DNA of 64,000 nt from the human T2T-CHM13v2.0 reference genome, Homo sapiens. The translations under genes and the position numbers were made by a program. The DNA lies in the NCBI RefSeq assembly GCF_009914755.1, contig NC_060935.1; one strand, given 5' to 3'. This document shows, piece after piece, positions 25,955 to 41,945 of this stretch (the stretch's first letter is position 1; each line of letters opens with the position of its first letter). Below the pieces are notes generated by a model, which did no database searches, had not been told where the DNA came from, and saw only the letters and a list, made by a program, of their open reading frames with translations.

Positions 25955-28520
25955 GACTGGGCATGGTAGCTCACGCCTGTAATTCCAGGTGTTTGGGAGG
26001 CTGTATTTGTCTGTTTTCATGCGGCTGATAAAGATGTATCTGAGACTGGGTAATTTACAAAATAAGGAGGTTTAATTGGACTTACAGTTCTATGTGGCCG
26101 GGGAGGCCTCACAATCATGGCAAAAGGCAAGGAAGAGCAAGTCACATCTTATGTGGATAGCGGCAGGCAAAGAGAGAGCTTGTGCAGGGTGACCCAAAAC
26201 CATCAGATCTGATGAGACTTATTCATTATCACAGTAACAGCACGGTAAAGATCTGTACCCATGATTCAATTATCTCCCACCACAGTCCCTCCCACAACAC
26301 CTGGGAATTCAAGATGAGATTTGGGTGGGGACACAACCAAACCATATCATTCTGCCCCTGACCCCTCCCAAATATCATGTCCTCACATTTCAAAACCAAT
26401 CATGCCTTCCCAATGGTGCCCCAAATTCTTAACTCATTTCAGCATTAATCAAAAGTCACAGTCCAAAGTCTCATCCAAAACAAGGCAAGTCATTTCTGCC
26501 TATGAGTCTGTAAAATCAAAAGTAAGTTAGTTATTTCCTAGATACAATGGAGGTACAGGCATTGGATAGATACAGCCATTCCAAGTGGGAGACATTGGCT
26601 AAAACAAAGGGGCTACAGGCCCCATGCAAGGCCAAAATCGGGCAGGATAGTCAAATCTTAAATCCCCGAAATGATCTCCTTTGACTCTTTATCTCACATC
26701 TAGGTCACACTGATGCAAGAGGTAGGTTCCCATGGTCCTGGGCAACTCTGCCCCTGTGACTTTGCAGGGTACAGCCTCCCTTCCAACTGCTTTCACAGGC
26801 TGGTGTTGAGTGTCTGTGGCTTTTCCAGGTACACAGTGCAAGCTGTCAGTACATCTTCCATTCTGTGGCCTGGAGGACGGTGGCCCTCTTTTCACAGCTC
26901 CACTAGGTGGTGCCCCAGTAGGGACTCTGTGTGGGAGCTCAGACCCCACATTACCCTTCTGCACTGCCCTAGCAGAGGTTCTTCATGAGAGCCCCACCAA
27001 ACTTCTGCCTGGGCATCCAGGCATTTCCCTACATCTTCTGAAATCTAGATGGAGGTTCCCAAACCTCAATTCTTGACTTCTGTGCACCTGCAGGCTCAAC
27101 ACCACATGGAAGCTGCCAAGGGTTGAGACTTCCACCCTCTGAAACAATAGGCTGAGCTGTTCCTTGGCCCCTTTTAGTCACAGCTAGAGTGGCTGGGATG
27201 CAGGGCACCAACTCCCTAGGCAGCACATAGCACAGAGACCCTGGTCCTGGCCCAAGAAACCCTTTTCTCCCAGGCCTCCTGGCTTGTTATGGGAGGGGCT
27301 GCCATGATGACCTGTGACAAGCCCTGGAGACATTTTCCCCATTGTCTTGGTGATTAACATTCCGCTTCTTGTTACTTATGCAAATTTCTGTAACCAGCTT
27401 GAATTTCTCCTCAGAAAATGAGTTTTTCTTTTCTATCACATTGTCAGGCTACAAATTTTTCAATCTTTTATGCTCTGCTTCCCTTATAAAACTGAATGCC
27501 TTTAATAGCACCCAAGTCACATCTTGAATGCTTTGCTGCTTAGAAATTTCTTCTGCCAGATATTCTAAATCATCTCTCACAAGTTCAGAGTTCCACAGAT
27601 CTCCAGGGCAGGGGCAAAAGGCTGCCAGTCTCTTTGCTAAGACATAACAAGAGTCACCTTTGCTCCAGTTCCCATCTCCACCTAAGACTACCTCAGCCTG
27701 GACCTTATTGTTCATATCACTGTCAGCATTTTGGGCAAAGCCATTCAACAAGTCTCTAGGAAGTTCCAAACTTTCCCACACTTTTCTGTCTTCTTCTGAG
27801 CCCTCCAAACTGTTCCAACCTCTGTCTCTTACCCAGTTCCAAAGTTGCTTCCACATTTTTGGGTGTTTTTTCAACAAGGCCCCACTCTACTGGTACCAAT
27901 TTACCACATTATTTTGTTTTCATGCTGCTGATAAAGATATACTTGAGACTGAGCAATTTACAAAATAAAGAGCTTTAATTGGACCTACAGTTTCGTATGG
28001 CTGGGGAAGCCTCACAATCATGGTGGAAAACAAGGAGGAGCAAGTCACATCTTATGTGGATGGTGGCAGGCAAAGAGAGAGCTTGTGCAGTGAGACCCAT
28101 TTTTAAAACCATCAGATCTTGTGAGACTTACTCACTATCATGAGACTAGCACAGGGAAGATCTGCACCCATGATTGAATTACCTCCCATTGGGTCCCTCC
28201 CACAGCATGTGGGAATTTAAGATGAGATTTGGGTGGGGACACAGCCAAACAATATTGGAGGATGAGGTGGAGGATTGCTTGAGCTCAGGAGTTTGAGGCC
28301 AGCCTGAGCAACATAGTGAGAACTTGTCTCTACTAAAAATATAATAAAATAAAATAAACTAGTCATGGTGTTACATACTTGTGGTCCCAGCTCCTCAGGA
28401 AGCTGAAGAAGGAGGATTGCTTGAGCCCAGAAGTTTGAGGTTGCAGTGAGCTGTGATAGCACCACTGCACTCCAGCCTGGGTGACAGAGCAAAATCCTGT
28501 TTCAAATAAAAAAAAAAAAA
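25955..28520 (+). mobile_element. AluJ split by a THE1 insertion (25955-26001 and 28258-28520)
   Basis: GACTGGGCATGGTAGCTCACGCCTGTAAT...GGGAGGC resumes as GAGGATGAGGTGGAGGATTGCTTGAGC; poly-A. Confidence 0.93.
26002..28257 (-). mobile_element. Full-length THE1B-like MaLR element (3' LTR 26002-26349, 5' LTR ~27905-28257)
   Basis: Two LTRs plus THE1-int ORF remnant 27449..27877; TSD GAGGC/GAGGA. Confidence 0.95.
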
Positions 28521-28935
28521 GAGAGAGAGAGAGAGGAATTTCAATTATTTTTTACTGCTAAGATGAAAATACAAAAATGCCATATGGTAGAGTAACTGGG
28601 GTGTGGTTGTTCTGCTTAGGGTAGCTAAGGTCTCAGGTTAACCTCCTGATACTATTCCATTTGAGTTAGCACCCAAATGAAGAGAAGGCGGCCATGCAGA
28701 ATAAACAGATTTTATACCATTTGGAATATTTCAAATGGAAGGAACAGCACGTTTATAAAGACTTGGATGGAACAACAAAAGGGAGAGTAGAGATGAAGTG
28801 GACATGAAGTCAAGGTTCAAGTTAAGTGAAACCATTTAAGTTGTTGTAGTAAGTAAAGAGTTTAATTTTTAATCTAATTACACTGGGGGTACCACTAGTG
28901 ATGTTGAGGCAGGAAAATGACATAGTCTATTGTAC

Positions 28936-29348
28936 TTTTTTTTTTCTTAATTGTGGTAAAATATATATAACATGAAATTTACCATTTTAAGCATTTTTGA
29001 GTGGACAATTCAGAAGCATTCACAATGTTGCATGGCTATCACTACCATCTATCTCCAGAATTTTTTCATCCCCAAACTGAAACTCTGTAGCCATTAAATA
29101 TTAATTCCCCATTTTCCCCTCTCCTTAGTCTCTGGCAATTACGATTCAGCTTTCTGGCTCTATGAATTTGCCTATTCTAGGTACTTCATGTAAGTGGAAT
29201 TATGCAATATTTGTCCTTTCGTGTCTGACTTCTTTCACTTAGCATAGTATCCTCAAGGTGCATCTATGTTGTAGTATGCGTGAGAATTCTTTCTTGAGGC
29301 TGAATAATATTCCATTGCATGTATATACAACATTCTATTTATCAATTT
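28936..29348 (-). mobile_element. L1MB (L1MB3-like) 3' end with T10 tail; part of transduced segment
   Basis: TTAATTGTGGTAAAATATATATAACATGAAATTTACCATTTTAA ... GGCTGAATAATATTCCATTG. Confidence 0.88.
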
Positions 29349-29472
29349 TTTTTTTTGATAGAGTCTCGCTCTGTCGCCCAGGCTGGAATGCCAGTGGTGC
29401 AATCTTGGCTCACTGAAACCTCCGCTTCCTGGGTTCAAGTGATTCTCCTGCCTCTGCTTCCCGAGCAGCTGG

Positions 29473-29474
<2 letters not shown>
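29346..29474 (-). mobile_element. AluS right-arm half (inverted relative to its left half)
   Basis: poly-T, GAGTCTCGCTCTGTCGCCCAGGCTGG ... ends abruptly at AGCTGGGA. Confidence 0.93.
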
Positions 29475-31100
<1,626 letters not shown>

Positions 31101-31215
31101 GAAAGCAGGGATTCTAACAGCTATTTGTACACCAGTAATCACAGCAGCATTATTCACAATAGCCAAAAGACAGAAAGAAGACCAAATGTCCATTGACAGA
31201 TAAATTGATAAATAG
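31101..31215 (+). mobile_element. L1MB fragment (upstream continuation of 28936-29348, opposite orientation)
   Basis: GAAAGCAGGGATTCTAACAG ... GCAGCATTATTCACAATAGCCAAAAG ... AAATGTCCATTGACAGAT. Confidence 0.85.
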
Positions 31216-31364
31216 GGCTGGGCATGGTGTCTCACACCTGTAATCCCAATACTTTGGGAGGCAGAGGTGGGTAGATCACTTGAGTTCAGGAGTTCGAGAC
31301 CAGCCTGTCCAACATGGTGAAACCCCTTCTCTACTAAAAATACGAAAATTACCCGGGCATGGTG
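31216..31364 (+). mobile_element. AluS left arm plus start of right arm
   Basis: GGCTGGGCATGGTG ... CTACTAAAAATACGAAAATTACCCGGGCATGGTG then abrupt end. Confidence 0.93.
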
Positions 31365-32217
31365 ACATAGTCTATTGTACTTTCTTAAAAGCTTATTCTG
31401 ACTGCTCTGTAGAGGATAGGCTATAGGAGCCAGGAGAACAGCAGGAGGCTACTGCAGATAAGAGGCAATGTTGGTTGGACTGAACACTGTGGTCACATTT
31501 GACATGTATTTTGGAATTAGAAACTAAACAAGAAAATTGTTAGATGACTATAAGGAATTGGGGAAACAACTAGTTTTTACCTGAACATTGGATGGATACT
31601 AGTAGTACCATTAATCTTGATTTTAAAGAGTTTGGAAAGTATTTTATTTTAGTACAAACAATTCAGTAGATTAGGGCATGAAGAATTTGAATGGATAATG
31701 GAAATGTAGGTTAGGCAGTTGCTTAAAAATCTGGAGTTTAGAAGAAAGCTCTCAATGGCAAATTAAATTTGACAGCCATCAGCATATTTGTGATATTGAA
31801 GGTGATGGGATTGATGACATCTAGTTTGAGAGTACAAAGACAAAGGAGAAAATTCCATGGACAGACTCCTATGGCAGCCAAACTTTGCAGGACTGGTGGC
31901 GAAAATGCAATCAGCAAAGCAGACTGGAAAGATGTGGGCAAACATGTAGGAAGAATATGTCTCAGATATTTTTACTTCCATTAGTCCTTTGTTGGTTTTA
32001 ATGTCTATTCACAATTGCAAATATTGCTGATATAGTTTTTCATCAAAAATAATTTTTCCCAGTCTGTTTTTATACTTGAGGTATACATTTAAGGATATTG
32101 ATCCTTTTGTCGTGAGGCTTAGGTTAATATGGAATGGAAGCGCTGGTTTCAACTTCTAATCCACCTTATTTCCAATGTTGCAAATGCAGCAAGAAATTTA
32201 TGAAAATCTCTTCTCTT

Positions 32218-32731
32218 TGTGGAAATTGTTTGCAAAGAGGCCCTGATCTTCCTCTCTGTGTATCCATGCCCTTAACATCTGACTTACATCACCTGTCATT
32301 AAGATGTAGAATCTATTATCCTCCATTTGAATACCAGCTAGTCTTATGCCTTGCTCTATTCAACAAGTTGCAATAAAAATGATATTGTGCTAGTTATGTG
32401 CCTAAGCCATAAGAAGTCTTGGATGCTTTCACTATCTCCCTGGGAATTCAGCCCAGTCTCTATGTTATTAGAGTCAGTCTAGTCTGCTGAAGGATAAAAG
32501 ACCACGTGGGACGAAGATGAGCCAGTCTAGCTGAGCCATCTTGGATTAATCAGCCTCCAGCTGACCCAGTACCTGATCACAGATACATAAGTAACTACAC
32601 CTAGAATGAGAAAAACCACCCATTTGAGCTCCATCCAAGTTACTGACACACAAAAGTATGAGCTAAATAAATAGTTGTTTCTAACTATTATTTTTGGGTT
32701 GGTTTGTAACACAGTGATAGCTAGCTGATAT
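32218..32731 (+). mobile_element. MaLR solo LTR, MLT1H-like
   Basis: TGTGGAAATTG ... CCAGCTGACCCAG ... GGTTTGTAACACAGTGATAGCTAGCTGATATA. Confidence 0.8.
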
Positions 32732-32879
32732 ATTTTGCTTTTATTCTTATAGAACCTGATAAAGAAAGAAGAGTGAAATTATACTGGCTTCAGCTAAACC
32801 TTTGGGAATGTGATGACTTGCCAAAACTTTTGGGACCTGACTAAATTGTATTCTAATATTTACATAAAATTGCCCATAA

Positions 32880-33065
32880 GTCAGTGTGGTATTCCATCAA
32901 GGGTCTTGGACAGGAATAAAGAAACTTGATTTCTAGCTCTGTCTTGGATATTATATTCACTCGGTCACTTTGAAAATATAACGTCACCTCATTGATTCTG
33001 TTTTTCCACATATTTAAGATAAAGGGTTAAGATGAGATTCTGAAAATTCCCGTTGAATTTTATTA
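32880..33065 (+). mobile_element. MIR/MIR3 fragment
   Basis: GATTTCTAGCTCTG ... GTCACCTC ... TTCTGTTTTTCCACAT. Confidence 0.5.
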
Positions 33066-34619
33066 TGGAATTCTTAGTATGACAGAGACTGCTCAAGAAT
33101 TTGCTAGATTCCATGTAATGGTTGAATAGATTTTGTTCTACTGATAGCATTAGTGATCTTATCATAACCCTGACATGAACATATTTTTTGCTTCCACATT
33201 TTTGGATCAGAGATCACATTGAGTGATCACATTAACCAATCACTCAATTTATCCATGCCTATATCATTGACTACTTCCACAGAAAACCATCTGACTACAT
33301 GACAAGTTACATAGACAATATATGGTGTAAAAAGAAGTCTCTATACTAAAAAAAACTGAACAAGACTGGTAGCATTTGTTTTAAAGTTTGCTAAAAGCTC
33401 AATTGACAAAACAAAATCCATCATCTCTGATCATCTATCAGAGACATCCTTTATGTCCACAATTTTATTACCCCAAATTCTCTATTTTATTAAAGTTTAT
33501 CCCTTGAGAATAGGAGCACACAAATTTGGACCAACCTTAGACTGTTTAGTATGTTCTAGTCCAGAGCTTCCACAGGAGCTTCTCCTGATTTGATGATTCG
33601 GATATGCTGAGACTATTCATCCCCTCTGTCTTTAGGGCAAGCAGATGGGCCTGAGCAGCTGGACCCCCCAGGACTATCACCTCCGTCCATGCATATCTTC
33701 ATCATTTCCTCTCCATGCCATGCTGTACAAATGCCATTTTCTATGTGTTCCAAGAAATGGAAGCTTTGGAGAAACACCACTTTGGCTTATGAGAGTCACT
33801 GAAATATATTTTATCATATGACCCCTTCTACTTGCCCTCAAATTTTCTTTTGAGAACTCTCTAGACTTGGACTCCATTCTACATAGTGAATACTTCCTTA
33901 CTACTCCCTAACAGAGTATCTTAAATCTATAAATATGGTCATTTATAGTGCCTTTCCTTAAGTTTTTCCTTTGGTCTGACATGGTCTTCTTTTTTTCCCT
34001 TCAAATTTCCCTCATTTTTTTCCAAGATTTTATCAAGTCCTAGCACTTTTATGACTGTTTTTCAATTACTTTAGCCTATGCTGTTTATCTCCCTCTTAAT
34101 CTGAAATCTGAGCCATCATATTGCCTAACACATGTCAATTATTTGATGACAGAGACCACCATATATTCAACTCACACAGAACTATACTAATGTAGTATTT
34201 TTTCATGCTATACATTACAGTGCTAGTCACATATTAACACCTCAATTAAGTACATATCTACTGGCTAATTAAGCATAGAATCAGTACCTGATGAAAATAG
34301 ACAATTTTATTTAAAATGTTAAAATGGAGAAAAGGAAGAAAAAAAGGTTCTCAAGTGAGGTGTGATTTTTTTTAGAAGGAAGGTGTGAATGAGGCACACA
34401 GATGAATGCTAAGAAGCTATGTAAATATACCAGGAAACTAGTGTTAGTGAACAGGATGTAGACAATCATGAACATCAAAGAAACTAAGTTATTATTAAAT
34501 TTTGAGTGAGCCTAAGAATAATCAGGTATAGTTCCTTGAGGGGTCTGTGGTCTTTGCACCAAATGTGACACAAACAGTTCTTAGATTATTGTCTTAATAT
34601 TATGTATTACATTCACAAT

Positions 34620-35210
34620 TTAATAGGAGTATATATGTGTTTATCAGGTATCTACTCTGAGCCAGACTAAAATATGAAAAATGTAATTGTAAGAAGACAT
34701 ATTTATGGACATCCATAAAATTCTATTTACCAGAGTGTTCATAGAGCATTATTTTACATAATAAAAAATAGTTTATATGTTCAACACTAAGGGAAATAGT
34801 AAATAATATATTGTTTAATACTTACAAAATTATTAGATAAAAATGATATATTACTTACCACTATATAAAAATAATATTGTCTAAATATCAATGTATTGCT
34901 ACTTATGTATTTTTTAATATAAGTGATAAATAACAATAAAATTATTTTGTAAGAGAATATTTAAAAATATTGCAATATATTAATTCATTGAAAAATGAAG
35001 TTTCAATCAAATGTGTAAATATGATTCAACTTTTATGGGGCTATTAACAAACATACTTGTACACACACATAGATGAACACATATACAGGAAAGATAGGTA
35101 TCAACTTACTAGCAGTTGTTATATGCAGATGATGTGGCTTTCTTTTCCTATTCATGCTTTTCTGTTTTTCTCCAACTTTTATAACAATTTTTTTATATTT
35201 GTAATCAGAG
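34620..35210 (+). mobile_element. Ancient L1ME 3' fragment
   Basis: GTGTTCATAGAGCATTATTT, ATGTTCAAC, very AT-rich 3' UTR-like tail. Confidence 0.45.
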
Positions 35211-35849
35211 TGCGAATGTCTTAAAATCCAATATATATGTTTTTATAACACAAAGTATCACATTTGAAATTAATGGTGTGTGCATTTTGTCAATCATGAT
35301 CACATCCAGTTGACTACAAAGATGGTCTCTTCAAGGTTACAGCCTTGAATAGCCCCCTTGAGGGGCCTTGTGGAGGGTTCTGTTGGTAAAAAGTCTTTAT
35401 GTGCTTTGTGTAGAGCAGGCTTCCTCCAGCTGTAGGTGAGTCATTAGCTATAGCTGCTCCAGTTGAGCCCTCAGTAATGTCTGTCAATGTGAGGGTGACA
35501 TGAATTTGTGCTAAGAGGCATGGTATACAAGAATTGAACAATTCCCAACTGGGTTGCTTCTCTCCAGAATATTCCTATTTGCACATTTTTAAAAAAAGTC
35601 CCAACAGAGTCATTTGCTCAATAAGTTAAAGTTTCTTCCCTCATTACTGGATTTGAGTGACGATCTCCACTATAGCAGGAATGAAGACTCTGAGCTCAGG
35701 TTGGCATTACTCAAATCAAGGGACTGAATTCCAGTCTCAGCACCTTCTGGCCAAAGCAGCCTGAAGTTCAGCCTCTCTTCCTCGGTTATGAAAGTGGACT
35801 CACATTTCTGTAAACCAATGTTTTCAGCTCAGCTCTGTTCAGATTGGCC

Positions 35850-36080
35850 AGCAGGAGAACACTGTGATTAATAACACAGACGTTAGTGTCTGATATACTT
35901 GGGTTCACAGTTCAGCTCTACCAAGACCTCTATGAACTTGGAGGACAGTGATTCAACTTTCAAATTTCTTGAGTTTCAGGTTTCTCATTCATAAAATAGA
36001 AATAAAAATATACTCTGTTTCATATCATTTTGCATAATAAATTAGCATACGTAAATTGGTTAATACATGTCTGACGTTCC
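35850..36080 (+). mobile_element. MIR SINE
   Basis: CTTGGGTTCAC..TCAGCTCTACCA ... TTCAGGTTTCTCATTCATAAAATAG. Confidence 0.7.
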
Positions 36081-39000
36081 AGTTTTCAGCTAAAAAATAT
36101 TTGCATAAGTCCAAAGGCAATGCTGTGTAGAGGCATCACACTGAATTAGAAATCAGATAAATTTAGGTTAAAATTATTCTAACTCTGCCTAACTCAAACC
36201 AGTAATATTAGTATCCCTCTCCAATAGATGGGATTCAAATAATTTGACATTGTATTTTCCAGCATTATTTTATCTAATAGAACACATTCATGAAATTTTA
36301 CTCATTTCTTCTTTTAACATATTTAGCATCAACTTTATTAAATATAATAAAATTTTAAAGTAATAAATTGTTAAACTGGTTGATTATAAATACATTAGAT
36401 CTTAAGGATTTTCCTTCATTTGTATAACTTCTAAAAAATATAACTATGTGACTCTCATTTATTCTAAAGACAAAGATGTGGTTACACCTTGTTTTATGAT
36501 GAAAAGATCTGAAAAAGCTTCTTCAGAGATTAAGCAACCAGAGACAACCAAAGAAAGAGAAATGAGCTAAATTTGGTAACTTAAAATAGAACATTTTTCC
36601 TCATTCAGAATGATTTTTTTCTTTTTAAAAATCCATTACAAGGCAAGGCATTTCTCAAGATTAACACTTTGTCAGATGTTAATCTGTTTTGTGTGTGAGA
36701 GAGAGAGAGAGGAAAAGTGACATCTGGGGTTATATTTCTCTAAGAAAATGATGCCCAGTCCTAAAATGACAAGCAATATTAATAGAGCATTATACTTTCT
36801 CATCTAAAGATGACCTTTAAAGAGAATTGTAGTTAATATCTCATAATATTCCTTCATTTATTAGCTATCTCTTTCCCGAGTTCCGTTGTTATTATATTGC
36901 AGAAATATAGACACATGATTTGAAAAACAGAGAAATATGATTTAACCATTATATGGCTCAAGGCTCTCAAGCTTAATTCCATTTTTTTTCTCATTATATG
37001 AGGGAATTTGAAGCTGCTACACCAGCCAGTTTAGGAGAGAAATCCAGACAACTATATCTCTGACTGTTAAATTAATCATAAAGGGCATTATTTTTCATAC
37101 TTGGTGGAAATTCATTAAAGTGATTGGATAGGCTTCTGGGATTGCATTATGAGATATTATTGTTGCAGAAATCATCTAGACCATAAGTAAAATGACTGAT
37201 ATGGACAATAAGAAATAAGACCATTTCATTTTTTCTACTTATTCACCTAAATCTCTACTATAAAATATTAAAAAGAAGAAAAATAAGGTCTATCACAATG
37301 GCTGATGAATTGAGTCACCAAAAAAAAATTTTTTTTAAATCTTGTCATGTGACTATGATTGGAAATCCAGTAATAAGCCAGGCTAAATCCTACGTGGAAG
37401 AAAAACAGAATTTACTTTAATTCTTCCTTTTGAATATTGATTAAGAATTTATGGGCAAGTTCTCTGCACTCTGGAGAAGGCAGAGATAAGATTTTAAATT
37501 CTTGTTTACTCTGATCCTTTCCCCATTAGATTTATGAATTCAAACTGATAAAGCAGTTTCAAATAATTACCGGGTGTAATGCCATTAATGAGTTTGTCAT
37601 TTTCCCTTTTTTTAAAAAAATAATTTCTCTCTTTCTGTCACTGATTACTTTTAGATGATATATTTTGGTTTCCCTGAAGAACAGTTATTTATAGGAAAAT
37701 GGTAATACTGGAAAAGTTACTTACTGATAAGCAGTTAGAGTGCAATTTTACATTCAACTCAGCTGGGGTTTGAAAAGTTACCTTATATTTAGTGTAAGTA
37801 GACAAAATTTTATCTGAACACCATTGAAATTACATATGGTAAATCTTTGAGCATTTTTTAAATCACTCCATATCACAAATTAGCTTAATCCTACCAGAAT
37901 TTTGAGGATACTAGGAAAAAGGGAAAACATAGATCACAAATTATGTGCCATTCATTTTATTAGCTGTGTTCTGTAAACCACTGTGATGATTAGTAAGTTG
38001 ACCCAAAAAGTTAAGCATATGTTCTAGTTGCATAGTTAATAAACAGGGAACTAGGTTTGAACTCAGTCTGTACAATTATAGTACATATTTCTCTACCTAA
38101 CATAGGCTTTGAATCTTTATTGAGTATCTCTTATTATCTTCTACTACCTCTTTTAATTTTGATCAATTTAAAGATTTTAATTTACTTTCTAATTTAATTG
38201 AGGAGCTTTTTCCTCAGCCAAGTGCAGGTCTTTTTGTGGCATTACTGTAAGACCATGATTCATTATAATGTGACATGCCAATTCAGAAATAAAACATTCC
38301 AAAAGAAAAGGGCTACCTAGGGTAATATGAAAGAAATTTTAAATTTAGATTTTATATTAATTATTTAAAGCAATTCAAAATCTCATGAGTCTAGATTCTA
38401 CCCCTATGGCTTTGCAGTGAATGAACCTGTGTGTGGGTTTTTTAAAATTTTTATTTTCATGAAGATTTTCTTCTAGAGGCCAGTATAAATTCAATGAATT
38501 ATATAAATATTATTTTAGGAGCTGCTTTTCTGCACCAAGAATTCTGGAATCCAGGAAAAAAAAAACGTATTTCCATAATTCATCTTAATTAGTTAAATGG
38601 CAGAACTAGTCCTAATGAGGAGACTCCAGCATTGAACAGAGACTGTCTTTACAGGCTACATGACTTCCTCAGAGGACAGGAAGACTATTCTTTAGTACCT
38701 TGCTTATTTCTCCAAAGCTACATTTGTTTCCTATGAGATTGTGAAGACACCATCTGGGAATATTGGTATAAATACGTAGCCTGCCTACATTACTAGCCAC
38801 AGAGACAACGTTTCCAATAATTTGAAGGTTTATTTATTAATTGCCCTCCTTGCTTCTGGGATAGTGTTGACATCTAAAGCCAGTAATGGAGTCCCCCTTC
38901 TTCCCTCATCTTGTCCTTGAAAAAAATTCCACCTCTTATTTGCATGATTCAATGGGGCCAACTTCACAAATAGATTCCAAGCCTTTTTCCTTTCTTACCT

Positions 39001-39149
39001 GCCCAGATTGATTGCCAATCTGGGGAATCACTTTTGGAATATTATCTTACTTGAATGTATCCAAAAGAAAAAGCTGAAATACATGTCCTAAGAATTATCC
39101 AATATGAATCTTCAGTAAGAGAAGGGAACTAAGATTTGTTTTCACTTAC

Positions 39150-39350
39150 TGTACTCCATGTAGCATGTGGAGGTCTTTACCATATTATTTTATGAAAATT
39201 TACAATTACTGATAATGGATCTTTTTATCTCTACTTTATACCTGAGAAACTGAGGCACAGAAAGGAAAACAAATTTTGTCCTGGTTCATAGGGCTATTAA
39301 ATGGCAAAAAAACACACAAAACTTTCCAAAGCAATATTTGATAACTAAAA
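39150..39350 (-). mobile_element. MIR SINE
   Basis: GAGAAACTGAGGCACAGAAAG core. Confidence 0.7.
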
Positions 39351-39549
39351 GCCACTCTCCTGGGTGGGGTAGGGTTATGTATTTTCCCAGGTCCTCAGTC
39401 AAGCATTGCCAGAATTCTGTTCATCCTACTAAGCAGTTCATCAAGAATGGCCATCTCTGTCATTGCAAAGGGATCTTCTTTGAGAACATGAACCTTAAGT
39501 ATACGGCTCACTTGTCCCAACAACATGTCTATCTGTGAACTACTTAATA

Positions 39550-39733
39550 CAGCTGCTTTCGATGTGTAAACCTGAAGGACTAACAGCATCTCCTGAGAAC
39601 CTAAGCAGAAAGGCAGTCTCTGGCCCCTCCTCAGACATGCTGAATCAGAAACTCTGAGTGTGTGGCCCGGCAATCTGCATTTTAATAGGCACTGCAGGTG
39701 ATTCTGATACACGCAAACATTTGAGAACAAATG
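39550..39733 (+). mobile_element. MER5A (hAT-Charlie MITE)
   Basis: CTGAATCAGAAACTCTG ... CAGGTGATTCTGAT ... TTTGAGAAC. Confidence 0.88.
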
Positions 39734-40544
39734 ACCTAATTATTAACTTATGCGGTAGAAAATCACAGATGCATAAAGTTCTGAATCACTTTTTATAGTG
39801 AGGTTTTTTTTGACCCTTTATGCTAAAGTCAATCATACTATTTCATAGAGCTTAGAACTGAGTTTTTCTGCTGCTGGTATAAAAGAGATTACACATTGGT
39901 CAGAACCTTTCCTCTGGAAAAGTGGAGAGGAAAACAAAAACTTGTAAAAACAACTGTCTTGTAAGCTTGGAAATCTAAAATAGAAGCCCTATCAGTGGCA
40001 AACTCTCTCTTTCTCATTCACATACACACTCTGCGTGTGTGTCTATCTACATACATGCATGCGTTTGGTTTTCTTAGCTGAGTTAACACAAATTCAGATG
40101 TCTATATTGAGTTAATAAGAGTCAGATACATAATAGTGCCAAGAGAAATCGTGTTGCTTTTGTGACAACTGAATAGTAGCAAGAGAGAAAAAGACAAAAG
40201 GCTGGAGACTAGAAATAGCATAGAACAAAACACACTCTGGATGGAATTTGACACATTCATTAATTTTCCTCTCCTTCTAATTTTGAAAATGTATTGAAGA
40301 AATAACAAAACAAACTCATTTTTATTTGAAACGAAAAATCTTGGGCATCACCCAATGATCAATCCAAAAAGAAATAGCAGGGAAGAGTGAGGACAGTGAA
40401 TTTTCAGTCCACCATTTCATAGAAGCTGCATCTAGAAACAAAGAATGTTAAGTTGGTTTCTTTTTGTACTTTTTCACATAATTTTCTACTATGTTCACTA
40501 TAGGACCAGCATTTCGAGGGCAGTTTCTTTCACAGTTTCAGTGA

Positions 40545-41270
<726 letters not shown>

Positions 41271-41945
41271 TGCAACCCTATCACTATCTCATGACTCCAT
41301 TTTGCCACCAAGACATACCTGAACATCCCTTTAGGAAAAGACAAACTCAGATTTCTGGAGAGCTGATGGGAGGTGAGGTGGTGGGTATTGTGGGGTGCTT
41401 GTTTGGGGTGAAGATGGGGTATGTTCTATCACCCTTTGAATTGTATTCCATTCCACCCGTGCATGATATAGCTGTCTATATTATTTAAAGTGTAAATAAC
41501 AACAAGCCTAGAAGTCTTCATTTTCTAACCATTAATGGGGCCATAAAATTTTATCTAAAAACACTGTTCATTTTCACACACTTCTGCTTTATTGGTTCTG
41601 AAATCTTATGCCCACCGGCCCAGCAGAGTAGTGCATGATAATGAATGGGAAAGTGACTTTTATGAATGTTGTAGGTTTATTCCCAACATTCCAGTTAATT
41701 TTGCTGATGAGAAAACTGTGGTAAAAATAGGAATATGACAAATCCATATTAACATAAGTAGCTATAGATAGATCTGGGTTTTAAATTTTCATCCTCTAGT
41801 TTCTATGCAGTAGATAACTGTGAGCAAACATGTATTATCTATGCTAAATGATATATACAGACAGGATTCTTACCTAAGAATGAGAAGGACAAAAAAGGAA
41901 GCAACACCTTTAATAGAAAATTACGCCTTATCAGTAATGTACTTC

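Noticed and set aside
35437-35443. AP-1 site TGAGTCA
   Set aside because: Several such 7-mers are expected by chance in 64 kb.
39395-39730. 111-aa minus-strand ORF with a helical-looking tail (QIDMLLGQVSRILK...)
   Set aside because: The N-terminal half is MER5A; the possible acceptor lacks a pyrimidine tract; no recognisable family.
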